From IMG/VR virus record IMGVR_UViG_3300033182_000943, positions 1 to 63,597 of that record: a stretch of 63,597 nt of DNA; one strand, 5' to 3'. Source of the stretch: a virus (taxonomy: Duplodnaviria; Caudoviricetes). The position numbers were made by a program, and so were the translations under genes. Numbering within the stretch: position 1 is the first letter of the stretch; each line of letters starts with the position of its first letter. The notes under the pieces are model-generated. The model made no database searches. It was given only the letters and a program-made list of their open reading frames with translations, and had not been told where the DNA came from. Shown here piece after piece: positions 36,465 through 46,560 of this stretch.

Positions 36465-39400
36465 ATGAATCGCTGGGAACATTTATATTTCTTTGATAAG
36501 AACGGTAAGTATTATAACTTTGAATATGATTCTACTAATGATATGTGGACAGGTGACATATACCTTCCTGAAGTATCGGTAGGTCTTTTTGAGGTTGGTC
36601 AGCTTTTTATTCTACAAAAATTTGTTGATACTACAACGAATACATTTAAGTTTGGTTTTCCACATTCTTATATAGGAGGTACTACTGGAATCACTGGAGC
36701 CACCGGGAGTTGCGATTGGTTGGTTTCTTGGGAAACAACTGACCCTTCTGATATTTTACTTTTTCAATTTGATTTAGATTATGATACAGGTACTCAAACT
36801 TCATTGGAGATTGAAAATGCCGGTCCTCCTATTGAAAAGTATGATACTATTGATATACCTTTAGAATATGACCCCACTCAAACGGTTGATGCCAACGGTT
36901 ATGTTAACACTAACGTAATTACATCTGAAGCAATTCAAATTAATTTTGCCATTAACTCAGAAGAGGAGAATACATTTAAGAGAACCTTAGTTATAGAAGA
37001 TGAATGTACCGGTACTACGATTGCTAAGTTTGTTATTTATGCTGAGACTATAGGGGAAGATGAACGACTAAGGGTAATGACAAATAACTTAGGTTATAAC
37101 ATTGCACTTAGTGATAGTAAGATTTTTAGAGATACTAACATATATGAACAATTTCCTGACTTTATAGAAATTAATCGCAAGAGAAAGGAAATCATGTTGG
37201 AAGGACATAACATATACCCTTTCATTGGTTCTTATAAGGGTTTGATTAATGCAATAAATTACTTTGGTTATAATAACTTACAGGTTAAGGAATTTTGGAG
37301 AAATGTAAATTCATCCTCTCCTAATTATGGAAAGTATATTCAATCTTCACCTATAAAGATTTTTGATCCTACCGTCTCTTTAAATGATTTAAGTATTACT
37401 TTACCTAATAAAAACTTTAGAAAGACCAGCCTTTTTAGTTTAGTTTACAAAATTAATCAGGTTGTTGATGGTAAGTATGACATTGAAGATCTTCCTGTAA
37501 CAGAAGAGGTTTTTGACTATACAATAGAGGAAGTATTAATTAAGCTATTTGGATTAAAGAATAAATTAGAAAAAGAATTCCTACCTCTTAATGCTAGGAT
37601 TAAAGATATCACAGGTGAGGCAGACTTCTTTGGTCTTTTAGAAGTTACTAATACATTAAGCAGAAACGATAAGAGAAATATATCGGCTGGAATTGCAGCA
37701 GATTTTAAAGTTAGTCCTGAAGGATGTAATTACTTAGAAGATCTTAGATCATTTGCAACTTTTTGTTTACAGGAAGAGGCTGTAGTAGGTCAGGCAATTA
37801 TTAATTTCTGTAATGCTTACATTGCGCCACTGTTCGGTGGCACAGGCAGCACTAGTTCTGTTAGTGGCGGGTCTAGTGGGGTGGGGCAGAGAAATTTAGT
37901 ACTAGGTCCTTATGATGATGGTGATCCTTTACCCCCAGCACCTATAGGTCCTGATATTAATGATATCTTAGGATCTCCTTATGGTGGACAAAATTTAACA
38001 GTCGATGGTATTGCTGATGTATATCTTGCTTACTTTTCAAAATATGCACCTAATCTTAAAGAGATTGGATACCCAGAAGATGGTTGGTCTTCTCTATACT
38101 TACCTGATAAACCAGGTATTCCGGTTGGTGCTTTAACTGTATTAGAAAATACAAGCTTTAATAATTTAACATGGAATAATATAGATATGACATGGGATCA
38201 AATATCAAATGCTAATAGATTCCATACATATGACTTAGATCCACAGGGTGCTGTACCTGGGGATGTTTATAGAATATTTGATCCTATATCAGAAACCGAA
38301 GCATTATACACAGTACAGGCTGGAGATACCGACAGCGACATTAGAGACCAATTGTACAATCAATTGGTTGCATTTAGAACATCATTTGTTGACCCTTGGG
38401 TATTTTGGGATATATCAAAGGAAAATTTACCAACCGAAGGGGATGTGATTAGAATATTTGGTGATGGTACAGAAAGGATAGTGTTAAGTGTTACGACATC
38501 ATCAGGTGCATTATTTAGAAAGATTGACTACACAGGAGAATTACTCTATACATGGGATAGTATACAAAGAGGTAACTTTAGTGAAATTGAATGGACAGTT
38601 TATAAAGATAAGACCGATGTATCCCCTGCATTTTATTACAATATAAGAGGGCCTATTGCTGATTATAATAGATTACCTATAACCCTCCCTTATGTTGGAA
38701 ACTATTCTGTAGAAATGAGGTTATATGATTTATACAATAACATATCTTCTCTGGTTAAGACTGATGAAATTTGTATAGATGCTAAAGAAGTAGAATACTC
38801 GGGGTGGTATCAGGCAAGGAAGGCTGAGTATACTTGGAACGGTGAAGGTAAGTGGAAATGGAATGATTATGGATCAATGTGGAATCTCCCCATTGAACCT
38901 TCTGTTAACTGGGATGAAGAAACGCCTAGTTTGTATGAATCTTTAGATAGGGTTAATGCTATACTCAATACATTTGGTTTAGGTGTTAGTCCAAATTTTC
39001 AATTACTTAACTACCAAGATGACGGTAAGGTCAGCTTTATGGGACCTTATTATTGGAATAATATTAAAGAAGGTACCTGGAATGATTCATACCACTTATG
39101 GTGGGATGTTACTGCTGTTACTGGTGATACTCCAGCATTTTTTCAGTTTAAAGAAATTCAACCAGATTCTTATCTTAAGATAATAGATAATAAAGGAAAG
39201 GTTGGTGAACATTATTTTAGCCCAACAACAACTACATTAGCCCAAGCAGCAACTCAACTTAATCTGAGTAAAGATCCCGTAATTAATAAGTATGTCTATA
39301 ATGTAGTATATGATGCTTCAAATAATCAGAAGTTTATACAGGCTGTTGCAAGATACTTTGGTGTCTATGGTGATTGGAGATTCTTAGATATGGTTGATGT

Positions 39401-39806
39401 TAATGGTGATAGAATTTGTGCTAGTACCGGATCTACTGGGTCTACCGGGTCTACCGGGTCTACCGGATCTACTGGTACCGGGTGTGAGAGTTTAATTTAT
39501 AGAAGCGGATTACATAAATCAAGTAACCCAACATGGAGTACAGGTAAGTTTATAAATGACGGCGTAACCTTACCTAAACTAACATGGATAATGTTTGTAT
39601 ATGATAAGTGTAAGATCAAAGGTAAAGGAAAACCTAGATGGACTATTAAGAATACTACTGCACGAAATACATCCGATATATATTTTGAGAGTAAATACTT
39701 AACTTACCTATTTCAGGATCCAGGGAAGTATGAAATAACTTTAGAACTTACAGATTCTAATGGGAATAAATATAAAAAAGGAAGAAACATCCTAATAATA
39801 AAATAA
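36465..39806 (+). CDS. large baseplate wedge protein (gp7-like) with PKD-like segments
   Basis: IGSYKGLINAINYFGY; YLFQDPGKYEITLELTD. Confidence 0.6.
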   Translation: MNRWEHLYFFDKNGKYYNFEYDSTNDMWTGDIYLPEVSVGLFEVGQLFILQKFVDTTTNTFKFGFPHSYIGGTTGITGATGSCDWLVSWETTDPSDILLFQFDLDYDTGTQTSLEIENAGPPIEKYDTIDIPLEYDPTQTVDANGYVNTNVITSEAIQINFAINSEEENTFKRTLVIEDECTGTTIAKFVIYAETIGEDERLRVMTNNLGYNIALSDSKIFRDTNIYEQFPDFIEINRKRKEIMLEGHNIYPFIGSYKGLINAINYFGYNNLQVKEFWRNVNSSSPNYGKYIQSSPIKIFDPTVSLNDLSITLPNKNFRKTSLFSLVYKINQVVDGKYDIEDLPVTEEVFDYTIEEVLIKLFGLKNKLEKEFLPLNARIKDITGEADFFGLLEVTNTLSRNDKRNISAGIAADFKVSPEGCNYLEDLRSFATFCLQEEAVVGQAIINFCNAYIAPLFGGTGSTSSVSGGSSGVGQRNLVLGPYDDGDPLPPAPIGPDINDILGSPYGGQNLTVDGIADVYLAYFSKYAPNLKEIGYPEDGWSSLYLPDKPGIPVGALTVLENTSFNNLTWNNIDMTWDQISNANRFHTYDLDPQGAVPGDVYRIFDPISETEALYTVQAGDTDSDIRDQLYNQLVAFRTSFVDPWVFWDISKENLPTEGDVIRIFGDGTERIVLSVTTSSGALFRKIDYTGELLYTWDSIQRGNFSEIEWTVYKDKTDVSPAFYYNIRGPIADYNRLPITLPYVGNYSVEMRLYDLYNNISSLVKTDEICIDAKEVEYSGWYQARKAEYTWNGEGKWKWNDYGSMWNLPIEPSVNWDEETPSLYESLDRVNAILNTFGLGVSPNFQLLNYQDDGKVSFMGPYYWNNIKEGTWNDSYHLWWDVTAVTGDTPAFFQFKEIQPDSYLKIIDNKGKVGEHYFSPTTTTLAQAATQLNLSKDPVINKYVYNVVYDASNNQKFIQAVARYFGVYGDWRFLDMVDVNGDRICASTGSTGSTGSTGSTGSTGTGCESLIYRSGLHKSSNPTWSTGKFINDGVTLPKLTWIMFVYDKCKIKGKGKPRWTIKNTTARNTSDIYFESKYLTYLFQDPGKYEITLELTDSNGNKYKKGRNILIIK

Positions 39807-39814
39807 CAAAAAAG

Positions 39815-40465
39815 ATGGCAATTAGCGTAACAGAAATTCTCGGAACGGATTCTTTATCAGGATCTAGGTTAGTTATCAATGATAACTTTAACATTCTTGC
39901 TAGTGAGATTAATGCAATGGAGGTTTACTTCAATCCTACATCTGGAACTCTTAACAACTTGAATGATGTTAAGACAGAATCCTTAAGAGTTGGGTTAAGT
40001 ACCGTCTTATTGGATATTAATGCTAGCACATTTGACATTTTAACTAATGTTGAATCGACTGGAAACATTACTTTAACCGGCGCAGGTTTATTTAGAAATG
40101 ATGTTGACCCACAAACTCTTAATGATACTTTTGCAGGTCCTTCATTGACTATCAGCGTTGGTACTAGTACTGCAATTCCTCCTTACACGGTGGAAAGAGT
40201 AGGTAACTCTAACACAAGTGCATTAACTATAGAACTTCATGATGGATCAATCGGTCAGGAAATTTTCTTTGTTTATTCAGAAGCTCAAACCGGTGTTGTA
40301 GATATCACAGGTGCAGTTAATCCTTTGGTATTACCTGGAGCTGGTGGAACTCCTACAGTTTCATTGAACGCGCAAGGTGAAAGTGTACACTTACTATGTG
40401 TTGATGATGGTACTGGAAATGGAGATTGGTATTTAGTAGGAGGAGTTGGATATTCTATTTCCTAA
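39815..40465 (+). CDS. virion structural protein
   Basis: DSLSGSRLVINDNF fibre-type N-terminus. Confidence 0.65.
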   Translation: MAISVTEILGTDSLSGSRLVINDNFNILASEINAMEVYFNPTSGTLNNLNDVKTESLRVGLSTVLLDINASTFDILTNVESTGNITLTGAGLFRNDVDPQTLNDTFAGPSLTISVGTSTAIPPYTVERVGNSNTSALTIELHDGSIGQEIFFVYSEAQTGVVDITGAVNPLVLPGAGGTPTVSLNAQGESVHLLCVDDGTGNGDWYLVGGVGYSIS

Positions 40466-40484
40466 TTAAAAAATTAACAATTGA

Positions 40485-42599
40485 ATGGCTACGACGCCCT
40501 TAATAAAAACACCACAAGCAGATGGAGGTACATTTTATACCTTCTCGTCTTCAGCAAGAGACCTATCTAAGACTCTTAATAATGATAATCTTAGACTGGT
40601 CTTTTCTAAGTTTGTGCTTTTAAATATTCCGGATTTTGATAGGTTAGATCCTACAACCTTTAGCAATTATGAAAACTATATGCAGTTTGATACCATTGAT
40701 GGTATGATTGCAAATGGCGGCTTAAAGGGAGATCCTAATGTTAACTGGGCAGAAAGCTTTCAAAACTATGCTCTTAACCTTGAAGAATTAATCATAAGCG
40801 ATCCTGACTATGATAACACAGAAAGAAGATCTGTTTCCGAGAGGGTCTTCTTTAAATGGTTAAAGGAAACTGGAGCAATGAGATTCCGCGAAGCCACTAA
40901 CTTAGAAAAAAGTGGTGCTGTAACTAATTCATTATATGTTGAAGAAGATGAAGTAAAGTCTGGCCCAATCCAATACCGTAGGGTTGTTAAATACATAGGC
41001 GATATTGATATTGTAAATAATGTAGATAGGGCCGGCGAGGCATATACGGAATTATATATAAATGTACCTACAGAGGTGGGTGGCACTCCTACAATCCTCT
41101 TTGACACCGTGTCTGATAATAACTATCAGCCTGGTTTAAAGATCCAAGGAGATAGTGAATATATCTTAGGGCGAGGGACTAGTACAGTTCATCCACAAGG
41201 ATTAGATTTATTTGCATTTTATGATTATGATCAACCGCTATTGGGAGGAGGGCCTGCTGGATATACAGATCCTAATGCAAACTGGATGAATGAATCAACT
41301 CCGCCTAATACTACCGATGCATACTTTACAGAGCCTACCACATTTGATAGCGCGGCTAATGTTGATATTAGAAAATATCCAGCTGACTATGGGAGCCCAG
41401 CCGGTTATTCTGGGTCTGCATATAGAAGATCAAGTTTAGATGGAATATCTGTTGATTTTACTGCTAGCGATTACCAGCAAATAGTACAAGATCCTACTAT
41501 ATCTACTATTGCTCAATTTAATGGAACTGACCTTGCATCTACCTTTGAGTTTAATGCAGCGTTAGTTTATTATGATTTGGTTGATTTAAGTAACAGTGCA
41601 AATACTACCACTAACTTATATGGTATTTTACTCTTAGATAATATTACACCAACTACTGACGGTGGATACATTCAAAGATATCCTAAGTATAAACCAAATA
41701 AGGTTACCGGGCAAAACGGTAATAGCTATGGGTTTAAAATAAATTTAAGATTTGATGCATCACCAGGAACGGCTGGAATTGATACGATTGTCAATGACTA
41801 TAACACATTCTCAATGGGTCTATTCGCAGATGCTACCGCGCAATTGCAAGAATCGGCCAGAATATTCCAAAGACAACAGATTGAAATATCTGAGATTGAA
41901 CAAAGAGTACAAGGATTAGAAAATACAATAAATGCAATAAGTACCTCAACTACATTACAGAGCCAATTAGATAATATACAGAATCAACTTGATAATGCAA
42001 GCCTTGCTTTTGCAAGTGAAAGTTCTTTATTGGATCTTATTGCTAAAAACTCTGATGAAATACAAGGGTTGGCAAACGGTAACGTTGCACAAACCTTACA
42101 ATACAACACAGACGTTTTAAGAGGGGGTCCTGGGATTAGACTTAACAAGAATACACCTAATCAGGTTAGAGTGGATCTTGTAACACAACAATATAATTTA
42201 ATGATACCATTTGATGAAAACAGTGTACAAATCTCTGTTGGTAATCCTTTGGATTTAAATGTAGTTTCACCTAAAGCTTATGCTGAACTAATACCGTTTA
42301 CAAATATGCTTAGGTTGGATACTGTGAATGATCCTAATGGTGATTTATTGATATACATTGATGATACTGATACACAATGGTCAGTAGGACAGACGGTAAG
42401 ATTGACATTTAACAATAATGTTAACTTATCATCAAGAAATGTTAGAATATTTACCGATGCGCCAAATAGGCTTAATACCGGGGTTTATGGTAAAACCATT
42501 GCAAACATTACCGGTGGTGAGTTAAGCACAAGACCTATTATAGAATTAATATGTACCGAGCAAGGTATCTTAAATTTCGTATACGATGTTATCAAATAA
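40485..42599 (+). CDS. virion structural protein
   Basis: 704 aa with coiled coil; structural module context. Confidence 0.65.
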   Translation: MATTPLIKTPQADGGTFYTFSSSARDLSKTLNNDNLRLVFSKFVLLNIPDFDRLDPTTFSNYENYMQFDTIDGMIANGGLKGDPNVNWAESFQNYALNLEELIISDPDYDNTERRSVSERVFFKWLKETGAMRFREATNLEKSGAVTNSLYVEEDEVKSGPIQYRRVVKYIGDIDIVNNVDRAGEAYTELYINVPTEVGGTPTILFDTVSDNNYQPGLKIQGDSEYILGRGTSTVHPQGLDLFAFYDYDQPLLGGGPAGYTDPNANWMNESTPPNTTDAYFTEPTTFDSAANVDIRKYPADYGSPAGYSGSAYRRSSLDGISVDFTASDYQQIVQDPTISTIAQFNGTDLASTFEFNAALVYYDLVDLSNSANTTTNLYGILLLDNITPTTDGGYIQRYPKYKPNKVTGQNGNSYGFKINLRFDASPGTAGIDTIVNDYNTFSMGLFADATAQLQESARIFQRQQIEISEIEQRVQGLENTINAISTSTTLQSQLDNIQNQLDNASLAFASESSLLDLIAKNSDEIQGLANGNVAQTLQYNTDVLRGGPGIRLNKNTPNQVRVDLVTQQYNLMIPFDENSVQISVGNPLDLNVVSPKAYAELIPFTNMLRLDTVNDPNGDLLIYIDDTDTQWSVGQTVRLTFNNNVNLSSRNVRIFTDAPNRLNTGVYGKTIANITGGELSTRPIIELICTEQGILNFVYDVIK

Positions 42600-42620
42600 A
42601 TAATAAAAGTATAAAAACTG

Positions 42621-45600
42621 ATGGCCGAACAAAACTCAATATCTACTCTCTTACCTGAATTATTAAGACTATTTAATAATTCTATGGAGAGCTTTGAAAA
42701 AGTGAATCAGGCAATTACCTCAAGCAGGGATTCTGTCACGATTAACTTACAAACAGAGGATGGTACTAACCAGCGTGTTACTGTACCTTCGTTTGGCTTT
42801 TTGAAAAACTCTATCGATAGATTAGATGCTAATGTTAATACTATAACTAATGTAGATGGCGGTGGAAGTTCAATAAGACTATCGGATGGAACATTTAGAA
42901 AATTAGTATTAGCAAAATTACCAACAGAGGCGCCTGACTTAACAGGTATTAATTCTGTTAATGAATTCAATATTAAGCCTAATTGGTTTTTTGAAGAGCT
43001 TATTAATCCCTTACTTTATGTTTCATTTGATTTAACTGACCAGGTACCTATTGATACCGAAAGAGCAATTATCCAAAGATACATACTAGATACCAATACA
43101 CAAAGTAAGATTCAGTTTTTTGATAATACCTATAATGGTAGATCTGAAATTAACTACAATGACTTTTTACAGAGTATAGTTGAAAGGAACATTTCATATG
43201 TATTGGATGAAGCCGTTGTTGATTTACCACCTAGAGTAAAAAGATATAGTGGTAAGTTTGGTGTAACCAGAATTACTGAAACTGATTTTACTGAGGAAGT
43301 TAACGGGGTAACTGTTACCACAAAGAAAAAGCAATATAAATTAAATAAGCTTTTCTATTCTGATGCCGAAGCCGATTTTCCTGATACAATTCAACTTAAA
43401 GTAGGAGATTCATTAGAAGTTATATCAAACCCTATTGATACTAGATACATAGTTAAGAGCGTTGATAGTAGTACAAATACAGTAATTTTAGAATTGGTTG
43501 AAGGTAGTAAACCAATTCAGATAGGTGCAGATATTCTTAAGATAGGTTCTGATTTGAATGATCAAATTCAGGTTGACGTTACCGTTGGTTTTAATGAAAG
43601 GTGTGTTACCTTTATTAAACCTATTGATCCTGATTCAAAGATACCTTCTGTTAATTGGTCACCAGGTTCTGGTTTTTATACAAACACATTAACTACTATT
43701 GCATCAAATGGTACAAGACAGACCTTAGCCGATTATTACCAACGTAATGCTGTTGATTTTGGTAGATTCTTATTATCATTTGCACAAGATAAGATGCCAA
43801 CAAGTAGAGAAGGCTTGGTGCCTAATGCCCCACTCTTATCATCTACTGATTTTAGTGTAAAGCTTATTAATGGGCAAGTTACAAACTCAGATGCAATTGT
43901 ACAATTAGAGGATTTAAATAATCAAAAGAATACTCTTGAATCTGGGATTAAAGAATTGGATAGTGCAATATCCCAAACGAGAACAAAGATACAAACTACC
44001 AATTATGCAACTGCCGTTGAAAGAAATGCTGATAAGAATGCTTTACAAGGCTTAATTACAGAAAGGGCTTCTAATGCACAGCTTTATTCATCTGTAGTAA
44101 AAGAGATTGATGCCAAAAGTAAAGATAATTCTGTAGGCAGTGTAACTCCTAAATATAGGGTTAGAGGTTTTTGGCCAATGCCTGCCGAAAAATCTAGTCC
44201 TGCTACAGGAGTACAATCAATCATTAAATACAAAATAAGATACAGATATCTTTCACAAGATGGTGCAGCTAATCCTGTTGACCAATTTACATATGAAGAT
44301 GGACAAACCGCCAGCCAAGGCGCATTTTCTAATTGGAATATTGTTGAAAGTGTATTAAGACCAAGATATAAGAACAGTATTACAGGGCTTTATGAATGGG
44401 CACCTATTGATAATGACAATGCGGATGCTGTCAATATTAACCAATTGGATATTCCAATAAGAAAAGGTGAAATAGTTGAAGTACAGGTAAAATCTATATC
44501 TGAAGCAGGGTGGCCTTCTAATCCTCTTGAGAGTGATTGGTCTGCTGCTACTAGGATTGAGTTTCCTGCAGATTTAAGTTCGGATAGTGCAGTTGAAGCT
44601 ATACTTGCCCAGAATTCTGAAGACTTGGCAAAAGTTAGTTTACAGGAGCAATTAGATGCCCAAGGAATTAATGAACATTTATCGAGTTCATTTACCGCAA
44701 ATGAAACTTATTTTGCACACAGTGCGCCGGTCATTGCTTCAGGGTTCTTGTCAGAAAACCAAACACCTATTGATTTATTTACTAAGCTAACAGAAATGCA
44801 GGCAAGGTTAGATGAGTTTGCTGAAATTCTTAGAAATGCTGCAGGTGAACTATCGGTTACTTTATTAGATGAACAAGGAAATGTACAAAGACTTAAAAAG
44901 AATGCAACCACTAAGATATTTGCTGGATTTTACTTTAATGAAGTTAAGGATTTGGATGATCCTAGAGGAGCGGTTGTTACCAAAACATTCTTTATTAATT
45001 TAGCTAATACTGAACAAACAGGTTTAAGATTAATTTCAAGATTAGCAGGTTCACGAGTTAGGATGGGTAAACAATCCGAAAACCCATCATACAGTTTATC
45101 TGAGGCATCAGGTGGAAGCGTAATATTACCTGCTACATATTCTTGGTTAGATAATAGCCAGGCTAATCAAAGCAACGGTAAAGCTACTTATGATACAAAT
45201 GATTCAGACTATAATACCATTCGTAAGTATGATCTAACACCTATTCTTTTAACTAACCCAACCGTTGATGTTAATGATAAGTATGGGCAAGATGTTTCAT
45301 TAGCCCCTTATCAGTCTGCACAAAACAAAAATCAATTAATTTATTCAAGATTCCAGGATGTATCTTCTGAAGAATCATTCTACGATTATACTAACCCTGA
45401 TGGTAAGTATACATTTAATCTTGACACAGCAGAAAACTTTTACCTAAAAGATACGTTTGATACAGTTGCTACAACTGGTGAATTTATTTGGGGTGGTGGA
45501 TTTGACGCAAGCGGTAACCCAACAACGGCTGCTGCTTTTGATTTACCACAAGGTGATGAAACTATTGAGGTGCATATTACTCACCCGTGGGTGGCTTCAT

Positions 45601-46487
45601 ATGAAGCATATAGAACTGCATATGTAAGTTTAACTGGAGATAACACTACATTACCTTCAGTGTTAACTGGAACCATTGATTGTACATCAGGTGGTAATGG
45701 TACTGCTCCAATTTTGTTTAGACAATCTAAATTTATTCCATTAACATCGGATCAAGTTAAAGGTAAAAAACAGGCCATTTATCTAAATGAAAATGCTAAT
45801 GATTTAAACGCTTTAGCAAATGCAACACCTATATCATTTGGAGGTACAGGTCAAACATTAGAAACGAGCCCAACGTTAGCGGCAATACCTGCTCTTAGTG
45901 ATGGAACAGATCCTAACTTTATTGATTATAGCAGAAATGTTAAAACTTCGTTTGAGGCATTTGATCAATACTTATTAGGAAAAAATACATGCGGTTCTTA
46001 TCTCTTTATATCTGCCGATGATCATGAAGTAATACAAGTAGATGGGGATTCGGTACAGTCTAGCAAAATTGTACAGTTCGGATCTTCTAATTCTATTAAC
46101 ATACCTTTAGTATTCCAATATAGAATGACTGATTACTTTGGTACGGGCTCAGGCTCGGGTGGTGGGGTAGGAAATATTGCAGGTGATAGCACTGGAGCAA
46201 CAACTAATTTAACTTATTCAAAGAAAATTGGATTTGATGTTTACCCTAACAGTGTAGAGCCATTCCAATTTGATGTTGAAATATTTGCTAAGTATAAGTC
46301 AGATAATCTTAATGTAGATGTATTCCCTGCTGCAACCGTTACCAAAGGATTGAATGATTTGGAAAAAGTAATTTCTAAATTATCACCTTCAGTAACCGCC
46401 ACTAAGGTTAATCAGGTTGTAAGATCAGGTGGCGGTAGATCTTCTTCTGCAATCAGTAGAGGGTTTGTGAATGAGGCTACTCAATAA
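42621..46487 (+). CDS. large virion structural protein
   Basis: 1288 aa; coiled coil and FN3-like segment. Confidence 0.65.
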   Translation: MAEQNSISTLLPELLRLFNNSMESFEKVNQAITSSRDSVTINLQTEDGTNQRVTVPSFGFLKNSIDRLDANVNTITNVDGGGSSIRLSDGTFRKLVLAKLPTEAPDLTGINSVNEFNIKPNWFFEELINPLLYVSFDLTDQVPIDTERAIIQRYILDTNTQSKIQFFDNTYNGRSEINYNDFLQSIVERNISYVLDEAVVDLPPRVKRYSGKFGVTRITETDFTEEVNGVTVTTKKKQYKLNKLFYSDAEADFPDTIQLKVGDSLEVISNPIDTRYIVKSVDSSTNTVILELVEGSKPIQIGADILKIGSDLNDQIQVDVTVGFNERCVTFIKPIDPDSKIPSVNWSPGSGFYTNTLTTIASNGTRQTLADYYQRNAVDFGRFLLSFAQDKMPTSREGLVPNAPLLSSTDFSVKLINGQVTNSDAIVQLEDLNNQKNTLESGIKELDSAISQTRTKIQTTNYATAVERNADKNALQGLITERASNAQLYSSVVKEIDAKSKDNSVGSVTPKYRVRGFWPMPAEKSSPATGVQSIIKYKIRYRYLSQDGAANPVDQFTYEDGQTASQGAFSNWNIVESVLRPRYKNSITGLYEWAPIDNDNADAVNINQLDIPIRKGEIVEVQVKSISEAGWPSNPLESDWSAATRIEFPADLSSDSAVEAILAQNSEDLAKVSLQEQLDAQGINEHLSSSFTANETYFAHSAPVIASGFLSENQTPIDLFTKLTEMQARLDEFAEILRNAAGELSVTLLDEQGNVQRLKKNATTKIFAGFYFNEVKDLDDPRGAVVTKTFFINLANTEQTGLRLISRLAGSRVRMGKQSENPSYSLSEASGGSVILPATYSWLDNSQANQSNGKATYDTNDSDYNTIRKYDLTPILLTNPTVDVNDKYGQDVSLAPYQSAQNKNQLIYSRFQDVSSEESFYDYTNPDGKYTFNLDTAENFYLKDTFDTVATTGEFIWGGGFDASGNPTTAAAFDLPQGDETIEVHITHPWVASYEAYRTAYVSLTGDNTTLPSVLTGTIDCTSGGNGTAPILFRQSKFIPLTSDQVKGKKQAIYLNENANDLNALANATPISFGGTGQTLETSPTLAAIPALSDGTDPNFIDYSRNVKTSFEAFDQYLLGKNTCGSYLFISADDHEVIQVDGDSVQSSKIVQFGSSNSINIPLVFQYRMTDYFGTGSGSGGGVGNIAGDSTGATTNLTYSKKIGFDVYPNSVEPFQFDVEIFAKYKSDNLNVDVFPAATVTKGLNDLEKVISKLSPSVTATKVNQVVRSGGGRSSSAISRGFVNEATQ

Positions 46488-46560
46488 GGTACGATCTAAC
46501 TTTTCACTACCGTCATGGTGAATAAATAAAAAAAGTGAAAAATAGATGGTCGAGACCTTA
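46485..46560 (+). promoter_or_regulatory. class III promoter inside a start-codon-occluding hairpin
   Basis: GAATAAATA 46520-46528 in the loop; arms TAAGGT/ACCTTA, ATCTA/TAGAT, TTTTCACT/AGTGAAAA. Confidence 0.7.
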
